NCBI GenBank assembly: GCA_046723505.1
Contig: JBKOUS010000092.1
Coordinates: 1 to 63,540 of the forward strand
Origin: Actinomycetota bacterium
GTDB lineage: Bacteria; Actinomycetota; Actinomycetes; Propionibacteriales; Propionibacteriaceae
Direction: 5' to 3'
DNA: 63,540 bases
Both the position numbers and the translations under genes were made by a program. The notes under the pieces were generated by a model. The model was not told the DNA's origin, did no database searches, and saw nothing but the letters and a program-made list of their open reading frames with translations. How positions within the stretch are numbered: position 1 is the stretch's first letter; each line of letters begins with the position of its first letter. Below are positions 62,164 to 63,540 of the stretch, piece by piece.

Positions 62164-63540
62164 ATGGCCCGACCCGGCTTCGTCCTCGAGGTCGACGATC
62201 GCACTCCGCCGCTGCTAGTGCCTGACGGAGATCGTTTCCGCGTTGAGAAGTTTCCGCTCGGCACACGGGTGATCTACCCTGCCGAGTCACTGACGCCAGT
62301 TCCAGGCCTTCGTGAGGCGATCAATGCTGCACTGGATTCACCACTGCAGTCGGAGCCCCTCTCGGCGTTGCTGGAACCAGCGACGCGGCTCACGATCGTC
62401 TTCGATGACATCGGCATTCCCACGCCGAAGATGCGGCGACCAGATATCCGCGGAAAGGTGATCGAGGCCGTACTAACTCGAGCGGCGGCAGCCGGTGTCG
62501 ATGATGTTGCCCTGATGAGCGCGAACGGTCTGAACCGTCGGATGACTGCCGAGGAATTGCAGTACATCGTCGGGGAGCGCGTCTTTCGGTCTTTCTATGC
62601 CGATGGTCTGCTGACCAATCACGATGCCGAAGACCTCGAGAATCTGGCCACCATCGGCAGCACGGCTACCGGCGAGGTCGCATTGAATGCGCGGGCTGCC
62701 GGCTCCGACTTGTTGATCTTCGTCCATCTTGTCGTCGCACCGCCCGCCAGTGGCGCGGCGGCGATCGCCGACGGCCTGGGCTCGACCGCCACGATCGGGC
62801 AGCTGTCAGGGCTTCGAGCTCAGGGCAGTGACGCGACCGCCGAGATCGCAGACCTGGTGTCCTCGGCGGTGCGGGTATTCCAGATCGATGTCGTGCTCGA
62901 CAACGACGTTTTCGCCTCACCGTTGGAGTTCTTGGGCCGCCGTGAGTGGGAATGGAGTCTCAAGGACAGGGCAACCTGGTTCGGCATACGTCGGGGCCTG
63001 GAATGGAGTCCACAGCGTGCTCGACGTCGGCTGATGAACCGCGCCGAGGGTGACTACCATGCCACCTTGGTGACCGCCGGTGCGCCGGAGGCGGTCGAAG
63101 AGGTGAGCCGCGTGCACGTAACAGCCCAGCAGCTCGTCGAGGTGTCCGCTGCGGCTGATGTGGGCGTAATCGGGGTCAGCGCGCATACGCCGTACAGCGT
63201 CGACTCGGTGGCCAACCCGATTCTCGCCGCGTGGAGCGGACTCGCCGCCGCGTTTGGCTCGCATACCGGCGCGCCCTTCGTCCGGCCAGGTGGCGCTTTG
63301 ATCTTGTACCACCCGCTGCACGCGGAGTTCTCTCCGCTGCACCATCCGTCGTACGTGGACTTCTTCGCCGACGTGCTGACCGTCACCACGGACCCGGAAC
63401 AGATATCGGCCGATTATGAGGAGAAGTTCGCCAACGACTCTTGGTACGTCCATCTGTACCGCACGAGTCAGGCATTCCACGGGGTGCATCCGATGTACCT
63501 GTGGTACCAGATCGCCGCCACGCAACGACACTGCAGCGAC
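62164..63540 (+). CDS. Lactate racemase (LarA/DUF2088)-fold protein, catalytically degenerate; runs off the window
   Basis: Manual translation after SD AAGGAG: MARPGFVLEVDDRTPP...ALDSPLQSEPL...TIVFDD...ANGLNRRMT...NHDAED...LNARAAGSD...VRPGGALI...FHGVHP; 459 codons open to the edge. Confidence 0.75.
   Translation, partial: MARPGFVLEVDDRTPPLLVPDGDRFRVEKFPLGTRVIYPAESLTPVPGLREAINAALDSPLQSEPLSALLEPATRLTIVFDDIGIPTPKMRRPDIRGKVIEAVLTRAAAAGVDDVALMSANGLNRRMTAEELQYIVGERVFRSFYADGLLTNHDAEDLENLATIGSTATGEVALNARAAGSDLLIFVHLVVAPPASGAAAIADGLGSTATIGQLSGLRAQGSDATAEIADLVSSAVRVFQIDVVLDNDVFASPLEFLGRREWEWSLKDRATWFGIRRGLEWSPQRARRRLMNRAEGDYHATLVTAGAPEAVEEVSRVHVTAQQLVEVSAAADVGVIGVSAHTPYSVDSVANPILAAWSGLAAAFGSHTGAPFVRPGGALILYHPLHAEFSPLHHPSYVDFFADVLTVTTDPEQISADYEEKFANDSWYVHLYRTSQAFHGVHPMYLWYQIAATQRHCSD

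Overview
High-GC core chromosomal segment of an actinobacterium; gene content and order suggest Propionibacteriales (inference). From left to right it holds: the GlgE/glycogen cluster (glgB running off the left edge, maltokinase, glgE, glgP, glgX); etfBA-iscS-mnmA-MetE-like-ligA; gatCAB; hisI-trpE-trpC-trpB-trpA followed by a SCO/MauE/DsbA trio; lgt; gltBD; a roughly 5 kb accessory and decaying patch (dinB, FitA/VapC toxin-antitoxin, narK and HTH remnants, orphan P450, DUF1697); dnaE; azlCD; hisDCBH-yjbR-priA; and at the right edge a fatty-acyl-reductase/HAD-phosphatase fusion followed by a LarA-fold protein lacking the nickel-pincer catalytic residues. No rRNA, tRNA, CRISPR array, integrase or transposase was seen. 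The best candidates for something undescribed are: (1) the FAR-HAD plus degenerate LarA-like module coupled to priA, a possible alkyl-ether or fatty-alcohol lipid pathway; (2) a 175 bp palindromic insertion between gltB and gltD carrying a mini-ORF that overlaps both genes and so may relay translational coupling; (3) a 78 bp micro-inversion inside a narK pseudogene. Family assignments come from motif recognition only; no database searches were run.
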